Below the pieces are notes generated by a model, which did no database searches, was not told the DNA's origin, and saw only the letters and a program-made list of their open reading frames with translations. The position numbers and the translations under genes were made by a program. DNA of 63,658 nt, filler included, from Reticulomyxa filosa (Eukaryota > Protista > Foraminifera): the NCBI GenBank assembly GCA_000512085.1. It is 18 parts of 18 records of this genome, joined end to end, with 100 filler letters (N's around TTAATTAATTAA, not from the genome) between each part and the next. Parts side by side here need not be neighbours in the genome. Positions count along the whole stretch, not along the records: positions 36,250 to 44,511 come from ASPP01010119.1; positions 44,612 to 47,009 come from ASPP01017276.1; positions 47,110 to 48,114 come from ASPP01047141.1; positions 48,215 to 54,695 come from ASPP01002488.1; 14 more parts are not named here. One strand, given 5' to 3'. Positions 39,682 through 53,420 of this stretch are shown here, piece by piece. Positions within the stretch are counted from its first letter, which is position 1. The number at the start of each line of letters is the position of its first letter.

Positions 39682-41032
39682 TTAAATTGATGAAGGGAAA
39701 AAAGATTTTATTTTTTCAATGCTCTGTTCGATGTCCAACACTCCAACATCTTTGAACTCAATGCATTGACTATGCAAACCTTTGAGTTCCTTCTTCAAAA
39801 AAAAGAAACAATCAATGTATTTGTATCTTTCATTCAAATCTTTGGTTCCCTTTGGAATGTATAAAACACACAATTTATTTGGCACTCCATCACATTTCAA
39901 AATGGCCACACGGCAAGCCTTCCTCTTTTCCTTATCGTTACTTTCAAACAATCCGTTGAATTCACGGATGAGTCTTTCAATTGGAAACTCTCTAATTTCT
40001 GGTGGCAATGGTTTGGATGCTTTCTGATTCACATTTTCTGGTTTTTTTGAAACGCTTTTTGGTTTTATGCCACTGTCCGAATTGTTGATTAAAATTACGC
40101 CTTTGGAGGCTCTTAACACTGTTGTGTCTTTGATTTGAAAAGTGATATAATACGTATTTGACTCCTTGCACAATTCTTGGTAGGCATCCTTGACACCTTG
40201 GTGAATAGTCAACGGAATACGTTGCCGCGTTTTTTTGGGCATATTTTTGTCTGTCTCTACTTTGTTTGTAGTGTTTTCAACACTTTCATTTGCACTCTTT
40301 TTCTCCTCTTCTTTGGCTCTGTTCAATTATGTGTATACGTACTTTGTTTTTTCTTATGTGTATTATATACATATATACAAATATATGTGTATATAGTTCT
40401 CTTTGATTATTGCATTAAAACTGATGATTAGATGGAACTGGGAGATTGTCGGAGGCTGTGTTTGGCTCTGTAACATTGCTTTGCTGGCTTTGATTGATGG
40501 CTTGCTCTGTTGTTATTGACGTCGCTTTATCTTGTGGAGCCACTTTGGGAGTGTCGTTTTGTTGACTCAGTTGTTGTTTGATGAGCCCCACTGTTTTATT
40601 TATATCCAGTTTACTCTTTCCGATCAACTCGATTGTAGCGTCAATTTTAATTTTGCCCAGTTTTTTAATTACTGCCATGACCGCATATTTCATCGTGGAT
40701 TCAATCTTGTCAATCTCATCCTTTCTCATATATTTGATATCCTTTTTGTTTGGAACGAAGGTTATACATACTATCTTTTTAGCAACTCTCACCAAAGCCA
40801 ATCGAGGCTCTGGTGAGTAGTTCAAGTCGTGGAGTAGTGCTTGGATGTGCGTGTCGTCTGCAGATTCCGTTTTTGTTGGATCATCGTACATGCCCGCTTT
40901 GCAGTTCAAAAGCCGGTTGCCTGACACTTTCAAAATTAAATATCCATATTCTTTTCGCCTTGCGAGATCCTTCATAGAATTGAAAGCAAGCTCGTGGACT
41001 TCAATATCTTTTTCTTCACTTTCGGCCATCAT
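39682..41032 (-). CDS. Protein with two divergent ADF-H (cofilin-like) domains
   Basis: Both halves follow the ADF-H pattern (EV/TI..A/Y.EL..YLILKV/YITFQI..R[LV]A[LI]..[IT]FVP/LYIP..KY..[IL]KK.L). The in-frame intron 40421-40319 joins the two ORFs (CA|A = Gln). Confidence 0.7.
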
Positions 41033-41437
41033 TCAAAATTTTTTTTAAAAACTTGTCTTTCCCCTAATTTTAGCTAGCTATGAAGAAACAAAAATAGACC
41101 TTTGGACACTCAAATTCTCAACAACCCAAACACGAAATAGTGAAATTATTATCAAATGCAAAGTCTTGATTGAAATAACATAAAAGTCGCACAACAAAAT
41201 CCTAAAGTTGCGGCTTGGCTCCCTTTTCGTCGAGCCTTTCCCTCGCTTGCGAATCAAAGTAAATTGTTGTTTGTGCACCAGATACGAAAGTGATATACAA
41301 AAGAGGAAGGAAAGGTAAGAAGGAAAAAAAAAAGAAAAGAAATACACAAATCACGTAAAAAAAAGATCAACATCACAAAAAAAAAAAATAGAGACGCCAA
41401 GAGGAAAAAAAAAAAAAAAGAAAAAAGATATCAAGTT

Positions 41438-44400
41438 TTATGATTGTGAGATGATTTCTTGATGATACTCCATGATCCAACCACCCAACACAGTGGTGAA
41501 TTCTGATTTTTGAATCGACTCTTTGTCAACCATTTTGCACTCTACAATCCAATCCCTCATTGGTTTCAGTTCATCTTTCATTGCTTTTTTATCAATTTTC
41601 GGAGCCTCTTGTTTGTTTGTCTATTTATTTATTTATTTGTTTGTTTGTTTGTTTGTTTTTTAAATGAAAAGACAATAAATTGGAAGAGAGAATGAGATAT
41701 ATCACATAACTTTGGCAACAAAGGCTTGATAAAGCACACAAGTGAAGACAAGCAACGAGAGGAGCTCTTCTTTTTCAATTTCGCCACTGTTGTCCGCATC
41801 CAAGTGTGCCCAAATTTTGTTGACTGTGGCATCATTCATACGCTTTTGAACAAAGGATGCAAATTCATCAACCTTGAAGGTAAGCGGAGAACGAAGAATA
41901 CTGCCACTCTTTTTCGACTCCTCCAAACTCTTTCGTGGCGTTTCGGCGTCTGTGTCGTAGGAAGGCTGTGGACTTTGTTCCGTGCCGTAGCTGGTGGACA
42001 AAGGAATGGTCTTTGACGTGTCTGACGTATGATCATTTTCTTCGTCTTCCGTCATCCCGTCATGAGTCACCTCCGTCGTTGTGGCCCGATTTCGGACGAC
42101 TGTGGAATATTCGGTGTCACTATCGTTGGCATGGGCTTTCGTGGAGTGCAATCCGGACAAACGCAAACAGGTCGCCAAGAAACTGCCACTCAAATCGTCA
42201 GTCAGCCATTGCAACAAGGTTTTGTTGTTCGTTTGGTCGGGGCTTTTGTCAAACTCTTGCTGGATCTCACCCATATCTATCTCACTTCGGAACACTAGCA
42301 CACGTGTCAACATATCCGCTTTATAGCCCACGCCTTTCATCGAGTCTCTTAACTATGTATGTTTTATCAAACCCAAATCAACAAATGGACGAATGAATGA
42401 ATAAATAAATAAATAAATAAATATTTATTTATTTATTCATTCATTCATTCATTTGACACATCCGTTTAAAGGAATCTCTTCACACAACAACAATCTTTGC
42501 ACAAAACTTTAATTGCAAAGAATGCAAAGCGATTTGTGGCCATTTGGAAAATGGTATCAGCAGCAATGAATGAGTTGTTTCCAAGAACTTTATGTGCCAC
42601 TGTCATTATCCTGTAGTGCAACATATGATATAATGATAGTAGCATATACGTATATAAATACATATACATGTACATATATATATAATATATACATATATAT
42701 GTTTATTATTTATTTATTTATTTATTTACTATCATAAAAAAAACGAAACGTAAGTTCGGAAATTTTAGCATAAAATTCGGCAGTCTTTTTGATATGAGTC
42801 AAGCTCTTGCAAGCAAAGAAATGTTCCCACAGACTGGCGTCGATCTTTCCAGTTTCTCCTTTGTCTTTCAGGTCTTTGGCGCTTTTTCAGCCTGAACGGC
42901 GTCAGCACGCAGTGTTTCCGGCCGTTGTGCCTTAAGAATTTCCATGAGCATCGAGTTCAAGTTTTTCTTGCTCTTTGTGGCCTTGTTGATGTCCCCGACC
43001 ATGTCGCCTTTGTACAGAACATTGTATGCCTGAATGGTATCCTTCAGTTGTTTGTTGGTGCACGTGCAAATGGCTTCGATGAGCACGGGCAGGTGCTTCA
43101 GGCCTTCGTGAATAATCTGAGCGCGATATTGTGCGATGGGCGTGAGTAGCACCAATGTAATGGCAGTGGTTTTGCCGCGCTTGCCCAAGATTTGAGCAAT
43201 GACATCTTCCAATGAGGTTTTTTTGGAGTTGGAAGGGGCACTTTGGAACTTGAGCTTCAATTCTTGTCTCTGCTCGTTGTTGATCGACGTCATGACCTCA
43301 ATCAGCTCTTTTTTGAACTTTTTGATGTTGGGTTTCTTCTCCGCAGCCAGCTCGGCCAGCAGGCGTGCACTGACGTCAATGTCCACATCATCATTGAACC
43401 GAACAGTAGGCGAAGTGACACAATAGTCATCCCAGCTTTCCACATCTTTGGTTTCTTCTGTCGTTGCTGTTACTATTGCTGCTGCTGTGCTGTTGCTGCT
43501 GCTGGTGTTGTTGGTGATTTTGCATTATTTCTATCATTGCTATTACTGTTCTGTTACTGTCTACTTTCGCTTCGATATCATGCACACGGTGAGTCGCACT
43601 ATTTCCACCCAAGTTGCCAACGTCAAACCCACAAAGACCCATCAGCATCTTGCGATATGCGCCCGACGTGTCGTCTCTCAGCCACTGTAACAGCGTCTTG
43701 CCTTCACCGAATTTCATGTTAAATATCGCAATGATCTCTTGCAAGTCGATCTCACTTCGGCCCACAATGCATCGCACCAACAACTCGTCATCTGTTCCAA
43801 GTCCTTTCATTGACTTTTTCAACTGAAAAAAAAAAAAAAAAAGTATATACGTGTATATGTATATAATCAATTGAATTGTTGTTATTTGTTATTATTATTA
43901 TTTTTTTTTTTTTGTTCAAAAGAATATCGTGTAATACATGTAATGCCCAATATGCATGACGTTGCTGAGCTATGTCGATCATGATTTGGAAGGCGGTGCC
44001 CACTCGGCCACCGATTTTCTTTTCCATGACACTTCTGGCATTGACCTTGGAGAACTTGTTAAACTCGATCAGGACTTGGTCGAGATGTCCCCAGCTTCGA
44101 TGAGTGAAAATATCGTAAATGGCTTCCATGCCCAGCGTTTTGCCTCCTTCCAGTGCGTTTTTCAGCGCTTCATAGTCTTTCGCCACACGTCGCTCGTCAA
44201 CGATGCGAGGGTCTGTTTCTTCGCGTTTCAGCGTCAACGCGTGGTCCACGAGCAAGTGGTAGTCATCCTCGGACTTTTTCACTTTGGCCACCAGTACGGA
44301 ATTCAGATCGCCATCATACATTTTTTGGTACGCCTGTTTTATTCGCTCAATTTCTGTGTTGGTCCTACAAGGAGGACATACATAACGAGAGGAGGGGGTG

Positions 44401-44511
44401 GGGGGGGGGGGGGGGAGGAGGGTTCCAACAACCCACAAAACACAACATCTTTCTATTTGTTAATTTGTGCACATATATCGTCAAACTAACTTAGTGAAAA
44501 TGATTTCACCG
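41438..44511 (-). CDS. Double-core annexin (at least 7 repeats visible) with C-terminal EF-hand region, 5'-truncated
   Basis: MKGLGTDDELLVRCIVGRSEIDL..DDTSG, MKGVGYK..RSEIDM..DDLSG, EIIFTKTNTEIERIKQAY, LIEAICTCTNKQL; EF loop DADNSGEIEKEE; 1-nt frameshift at ~42881. Confidence 0.9.
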
Positions 44512-44685
44512 NNNNNNNNNNNNNNNNNNNNNNNNNNNNNNNNNNNNNNNNNNNNTTAATTAATTAANNNNNNNNNNNNNNNNNNNNNNNNNNNNNNNNN
44601 NNNNNNNNNNNATATATGTATATATACATATATATATGTGTAAATATATGTGCATATGTATTTGTATGTGTATAATTGTTTTCAG

Positions 44686-46534
44686 AGGGCAAATGAAAAT
44701 GACAATATGATAGAAGGGATGACTACGGTGATGTATCCTCCGAAGAATGGTCCTCGCGCTTTGGCGAAGCGACTCGACATAGACGAGAGCCATCTACCTG
44801 ACATTGACGTGAACGACGAGCTCACTGACTCGTTGATTGAAGCATGTCGTCAAAACTATGGCGAAGAAATGACCACATTGAATATCATGGGATATATGGA
44901 CGAGCTCCGCAATATCCGCAGTCTGCTGCGTCACAAAGGCAATGTCGATCTCGTCGTGCAAGAGTTCTCCGTAGAAACCAACGATGGTGTCTGCATCGCG
45001 GACAGCATTTACATTGGAGATCACGTGACGAGAGGGCCGGACTGGAAGTGGGGGAATCAAGACGGACAAGCGGGTCTCGTCGGTACTGTCCGCGCTTTGC
45101 GACAGTGGCATCCCAAAGATCCCGACACTTGCACCACCGAAGTCATCGTGTTCTGGGACATTGGCGTCTATGGCAATTACCGCTTTGGATATCGCGGCGC
45201 TTATGATGTCAAGGTCGTCGAGCGATGCGCCAAATATCAATTTCCGAACAGCGATGGAATATTGCTCGAATATTTGGCCGTTGGGGACATTGTCAAACGA
45301 GCCAAGCCTAATTGGCGTTGGGATAAGTTTGGTACTTGTTTTTTTTTCACTCGCTTGTCTTTGTAGTGGAAAACAAAGACTATATATTGTTTAGATATAA
45401 AAAGGAGTCCATTTATGTGTTTTTTTTTTTGTTCTGAATTCATCTCAAAATGCGAACATCAAAAAGACAAGATGGTGGAACCACGCTAAGCTATGGAACC
45501 GTCATTGAAGTGATGCATCTCCTGCTCCACTCGCCAACGGGATTCGAGTGGGCGTCCTTTGGGACAAGGACAAGGAAGAATGGCAAAAAATTACGACGCA
45601 GTACAAAGAAAAAAAGCGACAAAGAGCAATGAATGAAGACAATGAAAATAGTGAAGATATCTCGGTGGATTTTTCCAATGAGAAATGTGATTTGGACAAG
45701 AAAGAGGATAGCAATGATCACACTCGAATCGAACAAGAATTCATTGCCAAGTGCCAGACCCTACCCTTTGATCCTCACTGCACCAATTTCAAATCTAACA
45801 AACGCGATGTCAGTCCTTGGGAACCCACTGAAAATCTTAGCGTTTGGGAGGAAATGGACTTTGAAGATGTCTTGGCACAACCTCTCCCCCGTTATCGATG
45901 GGGACTTGAAGACTCGTACGATTTGACTGTTATCAAACCTGTATCTTCGAATGAATGCGAGTATCTCATGGTAGATGATCGTATCAAAAAGGGACCTGAC
46001 TTTAAGTTCATTAAAAATTTGACAACGAACATCTTGTGAGTATGATATCAATATATATATTGTGTGTGTGTGTTATTTTTTTTTTTGAATAGACAACCAC
46101 CAAGTGGTGACTATTCAGATCAAATGGCGGTGGTTTTAAGAGTAGAACAATGGGACGTAAGTCGTGTGGAACCACGCTATATTCGAGGTGATAAAGTTTT
46201 CACACAATGGAGTAGTCGTCATGGATTTCGATTTCATCACAATGGAAACATGGATGTCATATTTGTAAGACGTGGACAACTATTCCGACAACAATCTGTC
46301 CGGATTCGAGTTGGGGATCGTGTGCAAAGATCTATGTTTTGGGATGAACGCCTTTATGGACAAGAAGATGGAGGGGATTCTGCCCAAGGAACTGTTGCCG
46401 TTTTACAATTTGTTTTAGAGACATCGGGAATTTTGGCTAAAGTACGGTGGCATAAGAATAGCCATGTAAACTTATATTCATGGGGCTTTAGCAATATTTA
46501 TGACATTGCCAAAGTTGATCCAGGATCTTCATAA
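44686..46534 (+). CDS. UBA domain + four MIB/HERC2 repeats, 5'-truncated
   Basis: UBA: LNIMGYMDELRNIRSLLRHKGNVDLVV. MIB/HERC2: GDHVTRGPDWKWGNQDG..GTV..VFWD.G..NYRFG..GAYDV plus three further copies; 1-nt frameshift at ~45511. Confidence 0.88.
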
Positions 46535-49019
46535 CTTTGCATTGTCTTTTTATAACTTAGATATTCTTCTTTGGTTGAGTAATCGATCAGGGTAATTCTT
46601 TTTTAACCAAAAATTTTCCTTATCTTTTTTTGGCCACGTATCAATTAAAGCATCACCAATAAAATTTATTAAATAATGCGCTTTCAATGTCAATTTGATC
46701 AAATATTATATCTGTGTATCACACACTGTTTTACCATATGATCAAGAACAATTAATATATTTTTTTCAAAATATTACATCAAAACCGAATACTAATTTAA
46801 CTTCAATTAAATTATTTTCGAATCCGGATACACAAAAGTGTCAAATGAAGGACATTCTGTAAACTTATCACTTTTTTCTAGTGATATCATTGTCATATGA
46901 TTTGCTGAGAAAATATGAAATTTTTTCCAAAATTCAGAACGAATTAGTTTCGTTTCATCCATGCACTCATTCAAAAAATCATAAGAACTAAAATCTTTGC
47001 CATTGCCCANNNNNNNNNNNNNNNNNNNNNNNNNNNNNNNNNNNNNNNNNNNNTTAATTAATTAANNNNNNNNNNNNNNNNNNNNNNNNNNNNNNNNNNN
47101 NNNNNNNNNCGCTCATGATGCTATCTTCGCTATTTTGGTATGTCGCACGAATGTGGCACCATTTCGAGTCCGTCACAAGGCGTGACCCAAACTACTTTGA
47201 AATTGCAAATCTTCCGCACTATATAATAGATTACATATGGATAAACTTGGTCTGATGCCTTTGTATGAACATAAGTATGTCAAATATCCAAGTTTCCTTG
47301 CTGCTTTGCCATAGATGTAATTAATACGCTTGGAATAAGTCATGTGAGAATCAAAGATACTTTACATGATCGCATTCTTTCAGATTTGAGTGCTGCAATG
47401 TCAATTGAATCTTTGGAATTTTATCTTATTTTGATGTCTGAATGTGATTCACTGTAAGTAGCATCTTCCATTTATTCGACAAAATGGATACTTTATCCAA
47501 ACAACAGGTGGTAAATCGATTGGCGATTCATTATTATCATTGCATAATCATATTAATGATAATATGCAGTAGAAACAAAAGACCAACATTTTACAAAGGG
47601 GTTTGATGATTGTTCCAAATCTATCCGAAAATAAGGAAGAGGAGGAACTGAACGATGAAAATATATGGAAGGAAAGCAAAAAAACAAGAAAAGATTATTT
47701 CTGCAAGACAAGTCCAACATGGAAAAGAATTGGTGTCGCAAAAATAAATTCTGAAATTCATTGGAGTAAAAGAGAAGGCATTTGTGAAGAAATTGAAAGC
47801 ACAAACGTTTTCGCAATGATGGAAAACGTTGTTTGTGCATTTTCAAAGTCAAGTTTTTTTTTTAGATGGGTTGCAGTGGGGGCGTCAAGTGTCGGACTAC
47901 TCTATCGCTTCATCCTCAAATTACACTTCTTTTTGCACTCTCTACATGCACAAACTCAGGTCTTTCAAGTTAAGAGAGCACCTCGTTCTAAGAAATAGAA
48001 CACAGTACTCAAAAGAAAACACAAAAACACCAGAAAGATACACAAATCTTACAACGACCAAAGGTCCATTCAAAAATAGTTAAAGAAAAACAATAAAGTT
48101 AATCTGTTGAGATTNNNNNNNNNNNNNNNNNNNNNNNNNNNNNNNNNNNNNNNNNNNNTTAATTAATTAANNNNNNNNNNNNNNNNNNNNNNNNNNNNNN
48201 NNNNNNNNNNNNNNAAAAAGGTAAATATTTTGATGTGTAAACGATGCAGCTTGCAATAACAAATTATTACTTGTAGGGAGGATCTACTGATTCATTACTT
48301 TATTGTTTACTTTTACTTTTCTGACATAAAGTTAATGCGAAAGCATCAGAGTAAAGTTTTTTGACACTATATAAGACAGGGAAGCGATGTTCCAAAGGGA
48401 TCTTGAAACTCCCTCTCCGAAACTTGACTTGTTTCCCTCTCAAACTTGTTTTTTTGCTTCTACTTTTTAAAAATTTACACTTTTACACATTTAGACAATC
48501 ACATGAGGGACCTACAAACACAGCGTGAGTACGTGACGAACGCTTGTCAAGAATTTTATGAAACAGTACTAGTAACAAAATCAAAAATGTGTTGCTCGAA
48601 ACGATAGCAATCTTTACTTTCACAAAAACGTCCTTTTCGTTTGTTCTTATAGTGCCGCAATTCCGAGTTTTTTAAATTTCGTTTTTCTAGATGAATTGTT
48701 TTTATTACATTGATAACGAAATTACCATTGAAATACGCAAGGATTTACAATTGCTTGCAAAAAAACAAAGAAAGATTGATCCGGTTCAACTATTAAGATA
48801 TGTCACATCGACTTATTCGTCTTCTGACTAAAGTAAAATTTTAATGGATTTCTATATAGAGCACATATTCTATACTCTTTTCAAATATTTTTAAAAATCA
48901 TTAAAACGAAAAGTCTTAAAATGAGATTAAGCAAAAAAACAGGAAGATACAAAAATTCAGTCTATTTAATCATTGAATTAAGTTATCATCTTTATAATAA
49001 GCAAAGAAAAAAGTAGAAA

Positions 49020-50192
49020 ATGGATACTATTATCAAAGAAAAAGAAACTATAATACCACACTTGGTAGGCCTATCTCATTTACAAATCTTTGTTATTCAA
49101 CACTGAGCTACTGTTGAATTGATAAATCAACAAACAGTTGGAGAAAGATATGAAAATAATAATTCAAAATTGGCTCCGAATTTTAAATGTGAAATTAGGG
49201 TGGATAAATGATTTTGACAGACTTGTTGTTAAATATGTTAAGAATTTGTTGTATTTCTTGCAAATTAGTTTGATAATGTTTTATTACCGTCTTGTTTCAT
49301 AAAATAGGCTAAATATTTTGAATTAGCAAGAGTTTTAAAAGGACATGGCCAAGAAATAAATAGCGTACAATTTTCACCAGACGGTCGGATGATTGTTTCG
49401 TCTTCTGATGATGAAACAATCAGATTATGGGATGTGGCCTCAGGTGAGCTCATCCAAACTTTTCTCGGTCACTCGGATTGGGTTAATTATGCAGAATTTT
49501 CACCAGATGGAAATACTATTGTGTCTTGCTCACACGATAAAACAATTCGATTATGGGATGTGAAATCAGGAAAAGAGTTAATGAAATTTGAAGAGAATAG
49601 CTTTGTAATATGGTATATAAATATTTCTTCAGATGGCAACATGATTGTATCAGGTTCAGGTGATGGAACAGTACGAATATATAATATCAGTTCTGGACAA
49701 GATACCAGAGATATAATACATTGTCCACGTCCTGTACGGGGCGTACAATTTTCATCCAATGGTGAAGTAATTTTATCATCGTCTGTTGATGCTACAATTA
49801 CTCTGTGCAATGCAAAATCAGGTGAAATATTGCAAAAATTTGAAGGACATACGAAAACGGTGAAAGGCGCAAAATTTTCTCCAAATAATAAATTTATTGT
49901 GTCAGGTTCATTTGACAAAACAATTCGAATATGGGATATTGAATCAGGAAAATCTTTGAAAAAATTAGAAGGACATGAAAGTGATGTGAATGATGTAAAA
50001 TATTTTCCAGATGGTCAAACTATTGTGTCTTGCTCTGATGATAAAACAATTTGTTTATGGGATGTAAAATCAGGACAAAAAATACAGGAATTAAAAGGTC
50101 ATTCTAATCGTATACTAGGGATAGATATTTCACCAGATGGTAGTACAATTGTATCAGGTTCTAAGGATCTTACAATTTGCATTTGGAGATAA
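49020..50192 (+). CDS. WD40-repeat protein (7 repeats) with N-terminal 'GWI' module
   Basis: Exons 49020-49064, 49138-49236 and 49308-50192; repeated GH..V..V.FSPDG..IVS.S.D.TIRLWD. Confidence 0.95.
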
Positions 50193-51837
50193 AAGTAAAA
50201 TCTATTTAAAATAATTTATTGTTATATTTTATACATGCACATTAAGTTTGAAATATGATGTTTATCTTTCATTATTATTCCTTTCATTGACTATCACATA
50301 CACACAAATTGTACTATATTGAATTTGTGGTTTGTCGAAGAAATATCAGGTGAATGACAACACATGTACATTCAATTATACTTTCGTGCATTTAAATAAA
50401 TACCATGTACCAAAAATGAGCACATCCATAATACATTTAAAATTTTTTTTGTTCAAAAGTAATTTACTTATTGCGAGAGGAGTTTTGCCATTAATAATTT
50501 AAAAGTAATATTTGACATATAAAATTTAAATGTTATGTAAAACTCTTTTTGTTCCGTTGTGTAATGATTAATATTTGCAAAGTTTACTATTTAGAATATC
50601 ATTAAATGTAATTTTTTAAAAAAGTTAAACCACTTAAAAATTTAGCGTTATTGATCTTTTTATTTTATTTTGACAAAAATTAAATCTGTCAATGCTATTT
50701 CTTTATACACAAAGTATAACAATTTCAAGTATAATAGAAGACAAGGTTTATTATTTCGACATTTTAAATTATCAAATTGATCTTCACATTATCTGACAAA
50801 GGATGTTATCTTTGTAATTAAATTGTAATAAACATGAAAATGCAAACAAGTTTATTGGGTAGGAAAAAAATATCTACAAATGCATTTGAAGAAAAACAAT
50901 GGAAAATAAACTACATTTCCAAAAATGCCCCTTTTATTTATTGCTTTTTCGTCAAAAAAAAATAGGTGAAAATAAAGTTTATATTTACGAACAGAATTTT
51001 TGCGAGATGATAGAATGTTTAGATTTTTTAATTTGTCGATGCAAAATTTATTATTTTAAAATACTTGTAATTTTAAAAAAATAAAGGAAATAAGTCAGTT
51101 GACCATTGTAATTTTAAAGACAAAATTCAAGATGTAAATAGACACTTGGAAAATAATCGCTGTTTGCCAATGGTTACATCTTATTTTAGAACATTTAGAT
51201 GTAACCATTGATGTTTAAAACGCGAAATCAATGAACATATAATAAGTTGATTATCCAAATTAATAAGGTATTATTAATTTCATATTTGAATAAAAGGCTA
51301 TCTTATTCAAACTTTTTAAAATTTGTTTCAATAACAAGTTAAACATTCAAAGATAAAAATGAGTTTGGTTAAAATAAATTTGCAAAAAAATTTGAACTAT
51401 GAATTTGCTAAACAATCAAATGAAATAGAATATAAACAGGAGAATAATAATTAATTCATTAAATTTGAAAAAAACAAAAATTTCTGTTTTAAATCACATT
51501 CACAAACATTGGCTCTCAATGGTATAAATTGTCCAGATTGATCATACCTGCTGCGTGTTTTATAACATTTTTTATAATGCTTCAAGTCTCACAAAAATTA
51601 AACTTTGAGTTTTTTTTAAAAAGCAAATTCAAACATTATTATATCTTATCTTTATTTATCTCTTTTTCTCTTGTTCTATTTTAATATCATTTATATTCGT
51701 CATTAAAATATGCAATCTTTTCATTTTTATATTGCACAGCTGAACTTTTGTCAAAATGTTTTCGCTTTTTCGTTCATTTGAAATCGTATGTAACTGTCCA
51801 CAGCTTGAACTATTGAACGTCAGTCGAAAAAATTTTT

Positions 51838-53420
51838 ATGGAAAACCTCCCCGTGGCAAATTTCGTTATTAAAATGACAGAAAGCATAAAAGAGAATGAC
51901 GAGGAAAAAGAGCAAATATTTAGATTTTTGGAAAATGCGGTCAAAATAGATGGTGAAGAAGCCTCAACGCTCGCCTCTTATTTGTGTCGAGAGGAAAAAA
52001 CAACACAAGGAGAAGATATTGCAATGTTGGAGCCACAACAATGGAAAAAAGTATTTACACGCGTACAATTGGCTCTTATTTCAAAGAAGAAGCTATTGAA
52101 AATAGTGAATAGAATGTGTGAGAGTGAGAATGAGAAATCATTGAATATTGACGAAATAGTAAATATATGATCATCCATACGGCAAATGTATATGTCAATA
52201 TATATTTTTGTGTTGACAACAATGAGAAAAGAGAACTAGTTGTATTCTATTGATACAGACGACAAGAGTACACACAAATTTTGCACATCAATGACAATAT
52301 GGCGAATATTATTTTGGAAGTATGTGTAAAAAAAAAAAAAAATAATGTATCCTTTTTTCAAATGTATGAATCAACAACAAACATAATTAAAAAAAAAGAA
52401 TAAATTGGTGAGATTCAACGTAAATGATGAAAGATGGAAACATTTTGATTTAAAGAGCGGAGATGAAATGCTTTGCGAATATTCACCTGAATCAACTTCA
52501 AATGTACCAGGTTATGGGTTGAATGTGAACAACCTGTCTTAATTACTTGGCCTTGTCAAAGTGGGTCACTCAACAAAAAGAATGTATGAGTTTATGTAAG
52601 ATGTTGATTTTTAAGCTGATGAATCACAAATAATCGACGAAAATGCCTCCAAACAAAAATATTTTGATTTCATTCAAGATTTACTCATCACAATCAATGA
52701 TGTGGAAAGAATTAAGAATAATGCAGATACACGTAAGATATATATTTCAATTTTGCCAAAGTTGTATTCCAAAATGCAAATTTTGAAAGAAATGGTATTA
52801 CATGGATATTTGAGTAATAATCTTGCTTTGTACTCGGATGAAGCAACACGATTGAATTGTTGTTTGGAATTAATGCTTTTGAAGAAAGAAGTGAATGAGA
52901 ATAGCAAAGACTGGAAAAAGTTATGCAATAAAAATAATACCTCTGATCTCGGCTGCGTTGTAAAATTTCAAAGGTGAAAGTGGATATTATCAACATTATT
53001 TCCAACATGGTTTGTGAGGATATTGATCTGTCACAACTTGAGGAAAATCAAAGTTTATTTAATTCACTGGAAAAAATAAATTATTGTTGTTATAAACAGT
53101 ATGAGCGTGCTTTGTACATGTGGTTTTTGAAACAACTTTATATGTGGAAAGGGATTCATTGGATTGATATCATATTCACGCAACCCAATGTTGGCATGAA
53201 ATATCTTTTTGGAAAATTAAAGACAAATAATATTATTCTGTTTGTGAAGTTATTTAAAAAAAATGAAAATATATTACTGTATCTGAAAAGACACTGATGT
53301 TTATCAAAAAGTAGAAATATCTTATGATCATTGAAACTAACAGACTCTGTTGTGTTAACTATGCACATGTTGAAATTTGATAGATAGGTAGCCTCCTTAT
53401 TCAAAGCATTTTCAACAAGT
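51838..53420 (+). pseudogene. Disrupted multi-exon gene of unknown family
   Basis: Protein-like segments (MTESIKEND.., VPGYGLNVNNLS*LLG.., MERIKNNAD..) are broken by in-frame stops and frameshifts. Confidence 0.55.

Noticed and set aside
47110-48114. Possible transposon remnant
   Set aside because: No RT, integrase or transposase motif and no terminal repeats are detectable by eye.
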